From Phoronis australis (Eukaryota > Animalia > Phoronida), in NCBI GenBank assembly GCA_002633005.1, contig NMRA01000137.1, positions 620,001 to 684,000 of the forward strand: a DNA stretch of 64,000 nt. Reading direction: 5' to 3'. Shown here piece by piece: positions 52,101-63,797 of the stretch (position 1 is the stretch's first letter; every line of letters starts with the position of its first letter). The notes below the pieces were generated by a model. The model was not told the origin of the DNA. It did no database searches and was given only the letters and a program-made list of their open reading frames with translations. The position numbers and the translations under genes were made by a program.

Positions 52101-55100
52101 ATAGTAATTGTTGCTTGAAGGTGCAGTTTTTATGTCTTACAATGGTGATAACTTAATCCTGGACTTTTGATGCTTGTTATCCAAGAAGCTAAGAGGCTTA
52201 CAGTTACCAATATCATTGCCAAGGTATTGGTTGGAAATTCTAAAAAGACAGGATGTTTATTGTAACATTCCTGCATCTCTCAACACTGTGGTATGTAGTT
52301 TCATTGGAATCAGTTGATTGTTTTTTGATGTGGGAAAAGGGGTTGGTGTTCTGCAGAGCTCATGGTTTGATGGTTGCCAATAGATTGTTTGTATAAGATC
52401 GGATAAAGTATATCAAACTCTTGATTCGTGTTCTGCAGAAGATCACCATTTCAGTTCTGTGTTGAAATTGGACTATCCGGAAAGATTTTTCTTGGATTCC
52501 TTGTTTTTCTTTCCTGGCACAGCATCATGGGAGTTATGATGCTTAATTTCTTTGTAATCGAAATTTACAAATGATTATTCTTCGTCTATTTGGTGCACAG
52601 TGTGGAGAATTACTGAACCTTTATTTTGTCAAATACATCGACCAAAATTAGATTAAAAAATTTTAGTTTAAAATTAGCTTGATTTGTATTTTGCAAATGT
52701 TAATTAAGCAACTTTTGGAGGGGAATATTAACTTTTAAAAATGGAGAAGTTGCAATTTTGCAGTACTTTCTCTTTTAAATTATTGTTTGTAGGTGTCTGG
52801 ATAACAGTCACGTAGGGGTCACTACATTGGGCATCTCAAAATTGATTTAGGTTACTATTGCTAGTGTCTGTTGTTGAACTTAGTGTTGGTTGAGTGTGTG
52901 GAAATGGCCAGCTTATGATTTGACCACCAGCTGCCTATGGATTGGAGGAAATGGGCCAATTGGTTAGAACCACCTTAAGTATTGCACTACCTCTTGCAGT
53001 ATGCCTAGTCCAACAGTTCCTAATTCCATTGTGTCCAGTGTTAATAAGAGCAGACTGTCCACAGATTACAAGTCATTAGTGTTGATCAAAGCCTTCCCTA
53101 GTCATCTGGCTAGTGGTGAGTAGATAACAGCCTTGGGTCACTTCAAGACTTATTGTATGCGGTGCCTTTGATCACATTCATTGCTCTGATAGACAGTAAT
53201 TGTCCCTCCTTTAAGCTGGTCTAATGCTGCTGAGGGTAATTGAGGTATTCACCTGGCCACTACATTGGGTGCACTGTTGAGGTGGGATCTGGTATTTGAG
53301 GTTTGCGGCTGGAGCCTGACTCAGCAGGTACATCCCAAACTTGTCTACCTGAGAAGAATACCTGTCCTGCAGGTAGTGCTACCTAGGTCTTAAGTGCAAT
53401 TGTCCTGGGGGGACAACAACACTTTTATATTTTTTTTGACAGCTTATATTGTTGGCTTCAGTCTTGTTTGTAATCCTGTTGACATGGTTTTCATCAGGCA
53501 GTTGTATGCTTTTACTTTCTAGTCTAGAGGATTAGAGGACACATGTAGGTTTTACTGAGTGTGATCAGTGAACTGTGGTGTTAGGGTAATTATTCACTTC
53601 AAAAGTTGAGAATTTTCTCATGAAGTAATGCTTTTGTATTTCTCTGTCATATTGTGTCCTAGTTTGACGGAGAATTACAGAAATTGTAAATTGAGATTAG
53701 TTGTGCTTTTGATGGTTCTGACTCACTGTCATGCTAGATTTATGTAGTTTCACATTTCTTGGATGCAACAAAAACATTTTCCTATTTTCTGTAGGTGAAT
53801 GGTATCTCGTTATCCTGCATTCAATGGTGCAGTTGGTGACTAATAGGTGATGAATAGAACCCTTGTTTGCAACATGAAAAACACTCAAAACATCGTTTGA
53901 GCGACAATTAACCGTGTAATATCAGTCTTGCTTATTAAAAGCTTTGACTATTGCGACCTGTGCACACTCACCCGTGGGTTAGCGTACAAGCTGGCACGAG
54001 AGGTGTTTTGCAGTTACGCACGAAGGTGATCCGAGTGCAGGTATTGCTGTAATTGTACTCGGCTGTTTAGAAGCTAACAAAAACACTTGTTTTTATGTCT
54101 TCCGCTAAAACGAGCGGGCACAAATCATCTGTTTTCGCACATGTGACTGCGTTACTATAAACCGGGATCTGCTCATATGGTAAGTGTTTGCTCTCTGTAG
54201 TAATCTATTGTTAGCCTACTCAGCTGTGCAAAACATTGACTTTGGACCAAGTGGTATTATTGAGAATGCCCTGACAGGATCTGTATTCCACAGTTCCAAG
54301 TCAAATACTTGGCCAATAGGGGCATTATCCTGCTTTTTAATAGAGCTGTTGCAGAGTGGGAAAGCCTTCGTGTGGAAGTTCACAAGTTCTCACCTTTTCA
54401 AGATTCTGGGCTGGCTGACGTCATCCACAATTACCAAGCCACTGCTAGTTTTTATGCTTACCTGGGCTATAATAGTATACTTAACTTTCGCTCACGGCCA
54501 ATTGATTTTTCTATATACCTCAAATCAATTGAAAAGGCCAAAAATAAAACCTCCCATGTTGTGACTCACCTCAGGGTCTATAAAAATATGAAAATAATTG
54601 CAGGCAGTCTGCTACCAGTCGTACACAGGCCGCTCAGGTGGGCCCTGATCACCCGGAATCATTTTGATGCTTTATACATTTATAGTTAAGCCGAGCTGTG
54701 GAGCTAAAAACCTGACTCAGTGGTCTAGCAGTGTGCTCCAGAACACACGCCCTTATGTGAAGGAAGTGGGACACTTCACCCACTGGGCCACAGTGCCTCC
54801 TCATTGGGTCATAAGTATTTGTAAACTGTTTTTCCTTGGACAGACCTGTATCTCTTGCAGGAAAGTTTGAGTTATATATTCTGTACTTTTTCAATTCTCT
54901 GCAATTCTATTTGATGCACTTAGTGCCAGCTGTGGACCATTGGGAATTGGAGCCCAGATCTATCACTAACAAATATTTTCTTTTGGCCAAACTGTCTATC
55001 ACAATCTTATCAGTGGTAGTATCATTTCCACATGAGACAAAATCAACTTGACAGTGGCAGAGTGATTTGCTCCTGGCCTGTGTGTTACAGCCCAGCCCCA

Positions 55101-56054
55101 TCAGACAGGGTGCCTTATGGGAAACATTAGGCTCAATGAAGCCCTTGTCCTTGTGGGATCCTATCACTACCTCCTGCTGTTGGTAGTTACAAACCATTTA
55201 AGATAATGGCCATAGTGGTTATTGATGGTGTTTTTGTATGGGCTTTGAGCTATTGGTGGTTGTAAAAATGCAGTCTGGTTTTCATTTTGTTTTTCCTAGC
55301 AGGGACACTGAGTTCTTATGCTGGAAGGTCTTTTGTTCAATACTTGTGAAAGGCATAGTTGAGGGGATGGGGCAGTGGAACACTGACAATTTTTGTAAGT
55401 CACTTGTGGGAGTCTTGCGATGAGATATCCAGGTGGCTACCGTGGAAATGATCATTCTTGAGGTTTATGTGCTATTTACTCCCAAAAGTAAAGCAGGTGG
55501 TTGAATCCTCCAATTATTTTCTTTGGTATGGTAAAATGTCATCAGTTTTGGACAAAAATGATTGCCAAAATTGACCTTAATTTTTAGAAAAAATTTAATG
55601 GCCACATTCTTTCAGATTGGTGTTTGGTGGTAACAATGCCATGGTTGAGCATTAATTTGACTGATTTTCCTGAATTCTGCTTCATTCCGTCATGAGGGAA
55701 GACAACTCTGACGTTGAATTAACCTTCCGCCCAGCTCCCATGAAGAGAGATTCTGGGTTGCAATACTTTTGGCTTGTATATTGTGTTTCCTTGCAGAGGC
55801 CTGTACAGGTGTTCAGTTGCACATTGAAGATTGTGGTCAGGATCTCTGTCTGGTGGTTTATGCTAAATTCTTCTCTACAAGCTCTGCCTGGTATGGATGG
55901 TTTAAATGATTGTTTCTGTAATGGTATAGTGCGGTGATTCCATATGAAAGGACTGGTGGCTGCTATGAGTTTCTACGCGATTTGTTTGCTAAGATGAGTT
56001 CGTCATTCAAAAACTGGCTCGCCATTCTTTGTGCATTACGGTAAAATCTGAAAA

Positions 56055-56251
56055 TTTAGGACACAACATGGCAGACAAGCAAACTTTTCTTTTTTCATAA
56101 AATATTAAATAGCTCCAACAATGCTTTATTACTTCAAACTTCAAATCCTTATCTACCATTCAACAATGTTTCAAAAAATTGAGGTCATTCACAACAACAT
56201 TAGAAGCCTTTGAAATATGAAAAAGTAGCAAAATTTGGCAATTATTGGTGT
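56055..56251 (-). repeat. Family A dispersed repeat copy
   Basis: tttaggacacaacatggcagacaag ... aaatttggcaattattggtgt. Confidence 0.65.
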
Positions 56252-57491
56252 CCATATTCAGTGCGATTTTTCTGTATCATTACACTCCTCTTGATGTTTC
56301 TGCTGCCTGAGAGCAGCAGTAACCTGCGCCCATTGTTTAACTACATGTGACGTTGACTGGCAGTGGTGTGGAAGAACAAAGATGCATTAGCATCTAAAAT
56401 CAAATATCTCCAGTGTTTCAACACAAAAGCTAGTAATTAGTGGTGTTGGATCACTGCACAGTGGATTTTTATTGGCTAAATAAATGCATTGTTTCTACCT
56501 TTTCTGCTGTTTGTTCTGCGCAAATGTTATTCCCCGCGCTAAACTGTATGGATTTCCATCCACGATTGCCCCAGAAATCAGCAGAATGCGTTCAGTCATA
56601 CCCTTGATTTTTCTTAGATAGATGGCCTGTGTGCTTAAACCTAATGAGAAAAGGCTACTTTATTGTTTCATTGATAAAACAACGATTTCCTTATCATTTG
56701 TAACAGTTAATTGATTGATAACATTATTGATTGGACATAGATGACTCTCTATGGTGCCACCATGTGTAGGCTCATTAACTTGTCAATCATATGATCATGA
56801 ATATGGATTTCTCATTGTTTAGCAGTGGAAAAAGCACTGGTTACTAATCTACTTAACCTCTTACTAAAAGAGGTTTTGTTATTTTTTTCTGTCGTTTAGT
56901 GTTTACTATGAAAATTTTGGGTACATTAATTTGAGTTTAGTAAGGGAAGCTAAGCTCGAGAAACCAAAATATTACATGGTAGATATACATATGCATATAC
57001 CTAAACATATGTAGAGTAGATAAATACATTACATTTACTTACACATTTCAAAATACTAATGCACACGAGGAATTTCATTATGTGCAACTTCTAGACTTAG
57101 AAAACAAAAATTACGGGGGGGGGGGTAGATATCAATACTTACTATACATATACATACATATCTATCTTGATAAATACTCTCATTTACATGTTGTGGGCAG
57201 ACATCCTAGGCATTATGGGAAAATAGTGGTTTGCATACCACATTCAACATGTTGTCATTCCCCAGTGAAGGCATTTGCAAATAAAGACAACAGCAACTGT
57301 AAACAGACACATTCACTTGTCTCACTCTTGCTCATGAGATGTTAGTGGAGGTAGGAAGTGAATCAGATTATGGTGTGCAGATGTGAGGTGCAGGTGGAAT
57401 CTGTTACTGGCAGCCTGGCTCTGCCTCGAGTTGTGATTGGGCTGTTAGAAAACTAGCTATTTTGTTAAAGGTACTGTAAAATCTCTTAATA

Positions 57492-57690
57492 TCAGACAAA
57501 AAATAATTGACAAAATTGGTCTCTTTTCATTTTTTGAAAGCTGACATTGTTGTGAATACCCACAGTTTTTCAGAATCATTGTCATGCAGTAGCCATGGTA
57601 TAGATATTTTTAGCATTTATTTGGTGTTACTTAAATTTTATCAAAAAATAAAAATTCACTTGTTGGCCTTATTGTGTCCTAAATCAGTGA
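57492..57690 (+). repeat. Family A dispersed repeat copy
   Basis: cagacaaaaaataattgacaaaattgg ... aaattcacttgttggccttattgtgtcctaaatcagtga. Confidence 0.7.
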
Positions 57691-58273
57691 CTTGTTACCA
57701 CAGTGTCGTCTGACTGAGTTAACCGTTTCCACTTCATGTGAAACATTTGTTAAGCATTTGCCTTTTTCAGTCATACTTTGGAAAAAGCGTGGCTCGCTAC
57801 GGCGGTGTCTTTCCAATGTCCCTTGTTGAAGAGTTCTTGCCATATGCTAACCATTACTGTACCTTTACAGTAGTTAATAACTGATATCTGCAAAAATCTT
57901 TGGTGTGATGTCTGTGACTGGCAATTAGTTGTGTTGGCTATACTCTTATCCCATTCTTGGGTCATTCTGAGCCATATGCGATAAGATTAAAACAGTTGTT
58001 GAATGATGTTAATAGCTATCACTTGATATCCTATGAATTACTCACTTGCTGAACAGACTGCTTCAAGATTGATGTCGCTGGATTTGGAGAAAAGAAACTA
58101 GACCTTGATCTAAACATGAGAGAAACTGATTTTTCCTATTGGCTATCGTCATTGAAGATAAATTGCTTATGGCTAGTTATGTCTATTTTAAGCTTCACAC
58201 CATTGTCACTCCATTATTTTCAATGAGATTTGACAGCAGGGCCACCTACTGGGTTATAACTTTTTAACTCACT

Positions 58274-58457
58274 GCTGTGTTCACACTAAGTTACAACGGT
58301 TATACCCTCTCGCTGCATAAACCACCTTCACTTAGGGTTGTTACTACACTACAGTTACAGCTTTTCAAACACATTTTTAAGGTACTCACACCGAGGGTTA
58401 TTATAACTTCTAAATTGTATTTATTAAAAGTTATGACAGCTTCAGTGTGAACAGAGT
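58274..58457. mobile_element. Degraded Harbinger-like MITE
   Basis: Inverted ends gctgtgttcacact ... agtgtgaacagag, with internal repeated gttac/gttata motifs. Confidence 0.5.
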
Positions 58458-58736
58458 ATTACACTTGAATTATTACCAGATTGCCCATTGTGACAATGTT
58501 GAGCAATGAATCCATGGTTGGACGTTATAGATCTGGTTGTGCCTTTCACTTCCAAAGAATATTGCCATTTATTGACGTTATGATGACATTAATAATGACT
58601 GAGTTGTGATTATCGCCACTTCCTTGCAACCTTTTCTCATCAAAACGTTACCTCATTGCACGCTTGAACGTGCGATTAAGTGTACTTGGTCAGTATCTTG
58701 CACTTCCAGTTATCCATTAATCTTCACTTTTAACAG

Positions 58737-58978
58737 GTTAATGGTCAGGATCTGTCGAAAGCATCACATGAAGAAGCTGTAGAGGCTTTTAAAAATGCGC
58801 ACGAGCCGATAATCGTAGAGGTTCTGCGCCGTGCTGCTAAGAGCGCCAGCAGCAAGTCGAAACTGCCACCGTCACCACCCGCCATGATTTCGGTCTCTAC
58901 GCAGACAGATGAGTTCATCTATGACGTCTTCAGACCACCCACGCCACCTATGGGGTATATGGGATTTCATAACAGTCG
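58737..58978 (+). CDS. PDZRN4: Internal coding exon of a PDZ domain-containing RING finger protein (PDZRN3/PDZRN4/PDZD4 family): C-terminal half of PDZ1 plus Pro/Ser-rich linker
   Basis: Acceptor tcttcacttttaacag|GTT and donor CG|gtgagt; 242 nt, phase 0 to phase 2. Translates VNGQDLSKASHEEAVEAFKNAHEPIIVEVLRRAAKSASSKSKLPPSPPAMISVSTQTDEFIYDVFRPPTPPMGYMGFHNS(R). This closely resembles the vertebrate PDZRN4/PDZRN3 segment VNG(K/R)DLS(K/R)ATH..AVEAF..AKEPIVVQVLRR...GTQTD as recalled. It is probably the single pro-orthologue of PDZRN3/4/PDZD4, so the symbol is approximate. Confidence 0.93.
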
Positions 58979-59039
58979 GTGAGTAATAGCAATATGGAGT
59001 GGCCCATCATTATGGTGAATACAGTTACGTGTCACATGT

Positions 59040-59239
59040 TTCAGGCCAAAATTATTGCCAAAATTTTTTTTTATTTTTGAAGGGTGCCTAACATTCTTAC
59101 GAATACTTAAAAATGTTCAAGTCTGTTTGATGGTAGCCATGGAACTGAAGTTAAACAGGGAATATCATTAAATTTTGTGCTGCTTGTGAAAAAAATATAA
59201 AATATAATACGTCGGCCATATTGTGTCCTAAATTGGTGA
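59040..59239 (+). repeat. Family A dispersed repeat copy
   Basis: caggccaaaattattgccaaaatt ... gtcggccatattgtgtcctaaattggtga. Confidence 0.68.
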
Positions 59240-59506
59240 GACTTTACTGTAAATAGCTCATCATGATGTCTCCGGAATATGTACACCTGGAAATGATACC
59301 ATTTATTGTCGATTTTAAACTGTTTGTAAAACCTCGTCAATGTTGCAAACTTGTAAAAATGGGAGACATTTTTGATTTTCGTTCTAGGGCCTCCACATTG
59401 GGTGCCGGGTCAAACTGAACATTTTGATGTTTGGTTAAACCATAAGTTTTTGCTCTTTGTGCCTGTTGTTTTTGTTGTTTGTAGTTACATTAAGGTAAAT
59501 TATGAA

Positions 59507-59715
59507 TTAAGGACACAAAATGGCTGACAAGTGAAATTTCAGTTTTACATTTTCTTTAGAAAGGATAAGGGGCACAAAGTAAAGGCTTCACCACTTTTAA
59601 CTATGTCTACCAAAGCTATTATTAGACAATGTTGTGAGAAACTGTGAGACTTCACAAAATGTTAAGGGCCTCAGAATTTGGAAAAAGGGACAATTTTGGT
59701 TATATTTGTCTGAAA
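59507..59715 (-). repeat. Family A dispersed repeat copy
   Basis: ttaaggacacaaaatggctgacaagtgaaatt ... gacaattttggttatatttgtctgaaa. Confidence 0.7.
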
Positions 59716-62507
59716 TTGGTGAAATTTAACCATAAGGGCTGTTTAAGACATGGGTGAAATTGCCAGCTAGCACAGATTTCCAGTGCTGTCCACAAATCAC
59801 ACAAAGAAAAGTCCTCCACAGATGAATTTGATCCTGTTGTGAACAGTACTTGATAGCCAAGGGTGGATTGTTTTGTCTCCTATAGGATTTGCAGCTCCAC
59901 AAGCCTACAACTTAAGTCTACTTCAAAGCTTGCATGCACAAAGATTGTTTTGGAATGGGATCCTTGACCATCTTTTGACTGTACACAAAGTATCCATCTG
60001 GCAATCCATGTGAACGACCTCTGGTCACAAGCCACTGACCACTTAGGATACAGGGATTGCTCTCCTATGTGTAGTACAGACAAAATTCTCCTATGGGATT
60101 TCCCATGTAGATGAACCAGAGATTTCATCCCTTTCCCCCTGGTCATAATTTATTTTCAGATTGCTTATAATTGGCTCATAATTGAGCTCATTTGCAACTA
60201 AGCTTATGTGGTTTTAATTTAGGCCTGCAGATGTTTTTTGTGAGAGTTTTTTTGAAGTTTGCATTAATTTTGTCCTCCCCCAAACTATTTCAGTCTGCAT
60301 GCCTGCCGTGGTCATCTGCCTGGGTTTTATATTGACCCAAGCTCGTCAGATTTCTGGCTGTGTGTTAGCTTTTTTTAAACCAGAGTCTGTGTTTTTGTTT
60401 TTGTGTACTATGTCCTTGGAAATACTTGAACACTGGGTGGCTCACTTGATACTAATTCAAGTGGGTTGGTGGCCGTTGAGCACTGGATAAAAAACTTGAC
60501 AACTTGAAATTATTAATTCACTGGCCACACACACATTCAGGACATGTCATTTTTCTTCATTACTAGGTATTTGTTATAAATGGCACTATAGTGTGTTTTA
60601 GTAGCTAGGCTTCCTGAGTGATGGTTGACTGAGATGTTTTGTTTCAAATTTCCGCAGTTGTTATCTTAAATGAATCAATTTTCTGTCATGTTGTTGGATG
60701 TTAAGATCAGATATAATATGAAAACCAGCGTTAGTTTCAAAATAAATTTTTTTTGTTGCCAGTTTTTTCGTTGCCATAGAGCATTTCCCACCCAGCTCTT
60801 GTTGAAGCAATGAAGCATGAAAGCAAGTGCATTGGCAAACAATCTGTGTTATTCAAGAAAGTCTTTTTCACACAAAAATAATCAAACTTGCCATTTTTCA
60901 TTAAAACTACCTCACTTCAAATTTCATCAGGCCTAATTTTGTGACATATGTACTGAACTAACACCTTAAATGGGAATAAACAAACATCAGTTTTGCCGCG
61001 AAATAGGACAATTTATAAAAAATCGCACTTTTCTGACGTGATGTGGGCCAGTTAGACGGAGAATTTTCAATATATAGAGAAGTTGTGTCCCACAGCAGTT
61101 GACATTTTGAGTCAGGTGATGATTGTTTTGTGTTCACATCACAAGCATGATGTTACCTGCCTTTTATATCATGGACTGCTTACCTGTAAGTGTGATAACT
61201 TTGCTGTTTTTGTTATGTACATAACATTAACATCCCATGCAGAAACTTGCATAGTTATTTCTCCTAAGGCACCTTTCTGTACCTCTGCTGTTGTGGTTTC
61301 CAAGAACCCTCCCCCCTAAACACCCACATGTTGGTGATATCATGTATTGCATTGTATGGGCATTGTACACTGCATTGTCAGATATCATCTCTGGCATGAT
61401 TCCAGTGGCCAAACGTAAATAAACAACTTTGGGTTCCCTACAATAGATTTACTACTAAGCAAACCTAGTCAGCTGATTTTAGGTTGGTGCAAACAGGCAT
61501 GAGACTGCATGCTTAGTTGCTGCTAGTGTGTAGCAAGCATACAATGCTAGGGTATTGGCCTGTGCACCATGGAGGTCATGGGGGTGGCAATGAAATGAAA
61601 AATGATTAAAAAGTATACTTTACTGGATGCTGACATTATCAATTCTTGAACCAAAATAGTTATTCTAAGACTGCATTTTTTTCGTGATCCATTGTGATAC
61701 AGAATCATGGCTAAAATACTATAATTGCATGCAAAATGAAGCTAGCTTGACAATGAATAAAAAGCTCACGGCCTCCCGTTTCCCTACGCACTTGATAATC
61801 TGTTCATCAAATACGTGAAATTCCAACAGGTGAGGAATGTTTTGAAGATCTTAGCTGATTTGTCTAACTAGATAGAAATCATTTGAATGTTTAGGAATGT
61901 CTTCAACCATTTCAAGTTTGTTGTTCAAATGGCAAACAGCTGAAGTGGTAAATATTTTTGTGTGATGAGATTGCTCTTGTGCTTTGTGTTTGTTGCATAA
62001 CACCAAGTTCAGCCAGGTGCTTTGTGGATGCCTTTCACAGTTGTCTTTAAAATCCTATTTTGTCACACCCTTTGCTAGATAATGCAGTAATACCCTGAAG
62101 TGTCTAGTTTTCTAAAGTTGAGTTAAGTTTCATTTGATTATCTGTTTTCAATTACCGGGGTAATTAAAATTTGTTGAAATATAATTGCAAAGATTCTTTT
62201 ATATTCTTGATACTGTCCTTTTTCCATTACTGAAAACCCCCACTGCACTGCTAAAATTTTGCCATTTATTGCTTCATGACAAGTGTACGACATTGACAAT
62301 AATAGAGTAAAAAATTCCCTTAATTTTCTTGAAACATTTTTGTATTTGACCATATTTATCTTTACCGCGTGTTCATTTCAAACTGTTCGTGCCAGATTCC
62401 GTAGCTATTAATTCATTGCAAAATTTTGACATTTCTTGGCACTTCATGTTGTTCCCTGTTCAAATGTTCAAATTTATATCATACCTGGTGATGTTTTCTT
62501 TTGCCAG

Positions 62508-62646
62508 ACTTAACATACCGGCCTCAAGGCAACCTTTGGTGTTTTCACCCAGCACAGACATGGGCCTTACAGATATTGAGATGGCAAATGAGATGATGGA
62601 AGATTTCTACGATGACGACGAGAGATCCTATGAGATGGACTACGAG
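62508..62646 (+). CDS. PDZRN4: Next coding exon of the same PDZRN3/4-family gene: acidic linker preceding PDZ2
   Basis: Acceptor gttttcttttgccag|A and donor GAG|gtaaga; 139 nt. The first base completes the split CG|A Arg codon of the previous exon, so the phases match. Translates LNIPASRQPLVFSPSTDMGLTDIEMANEMMEDFYDDDERSYEMDYE and ends in phase 0 on an acidic run, as the linker before PDZ2 does in this family. Overlaps track ORF 62389..62670. Confidence 0.85.
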
Positions 62647-63384
62647 GTAAGAGTAATTGATGGTGTGTAATTCACCCTACCCCAAAATTTTGGTCATCTT
62701 TGAAGCCTGTAGCTTGTTAAGTTTGAAATGACTGCTGGAAGGGGAATTGTCGTTTTTTTATCGTGGAAAGATTGAGATTTCCGCATTCTTAGGTACGGTA
62801 TGTCTCAATTTAATAGGAAACCTTCTACAAGCAACTCTTTAGTGTAGCGAGAGAACAATATGTCTTTTTCTTGACCCAATTTCTATTTGTGGTGTGCTAG
62901 TCCATAGGCATGAAGCACAATTTCTTTCATTCATTTCTTGAAGTGTTCAACGTTTTTGCTCAACAGCGGGAATTTGCATGATCGTGTCGAAGAATTTCTT
63001 ACTAAAAATGCTGGAAAATATCATTCAAAAATGCAAAATACTGTCCACCAACTATCCCAGAGCCATCTAGGCACAAGGTGCATTTCATCATGTTGTTGCT
63101 TTATCGCAGACTGGCTTATTGTCAGATAAAAGTGATGCTGTGACATCTACTTCAGAAAAAAAGCATATCTTGTCAAAAGTCAGACATTCACACTTGATGG
63201 AATAAAACAAAAAATAGAATTTTTTCTTTTGGTAATATGGCTTGCAGTATGACTGCATGACATAGGCATTGGAAAAATGTGTATGATGTGTTTATACTCA
63301 CCATATTAAAATCTTTTGATTTTTCTCGTAGATATGTCCAAAACTTATATGAGATCCCAGAGCACTAGAATCAATGCAGGAATA

Positions 63385-63797
63385 AATTTTCAATGTCCCA
63401 TTATTAATATGATTGGTATTGATGTCTATCTGCAGGGCTTGTACTCAATGAGTGTTCTGCACCTATTGACCTGCGGAAAAATATATTATGAAATTTTCTG
63501 TCATGTCTAGTGCTTACTATTAGGGTGCTGAACTACAGTATAAATTTTCGATGTCTCGTCATAAGGGTATCGTAATTGTAATGTCCATCTGCAGATTTGC
63601 ACCCTGTGACCTTTCTGCACCCAATGACCAATGGAAAAATATATGAAATTTTCTGTCTTTTCTAGTGCTTATTATTAGGGTGCAAAACACCAGTATCATT
63701 TCATGCAATAATTTTCAGTGTGTCGTCATAAAGGTATCGTAATATTAATGTCTATCTGCAGGCCTTGCACTCGGTGACCTGTTTGCACCTGTTGACC
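63385..63797. repeat. Diverged tandem repeat, ~2.5 copies of ~160 bp
   Basis: aattttc..tgt...atgtc.atctgcag...tgcacc...tgacc...gaaattttctgtc..tctagtgctta.tattagggtgc recurs with a period of about 157-168 bp. Confidence 0.85.

Larger units (their letters stand above)
1..58736 (+). other. Very large intron or 5' non-coding region of the PDZRN3/4-family gene
   Basis: The exon at 58737 starts mid-PDZ domain with no start codon. I recognised no upstream RING, TRAF-type zinc finger or PDZ1 N-half exon, although small exons could be missed by eye. The sequence is repeat-rich and has no long ORFs. Confidence 0.6.
58979..62507 (+). other. GT-AG intron (3529 bp, phase 2)
   Basis: Starts gtgagt and ends ttttgccag between two phase-compatible exons. 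Confidence 0.82.

Noticed and set aside
54184-54689. Two overlapping 126-aa ORFs as genes
   Set aside because: No recognisable domain or coding-like composition, non-ATG starts and no convincing splice signals.
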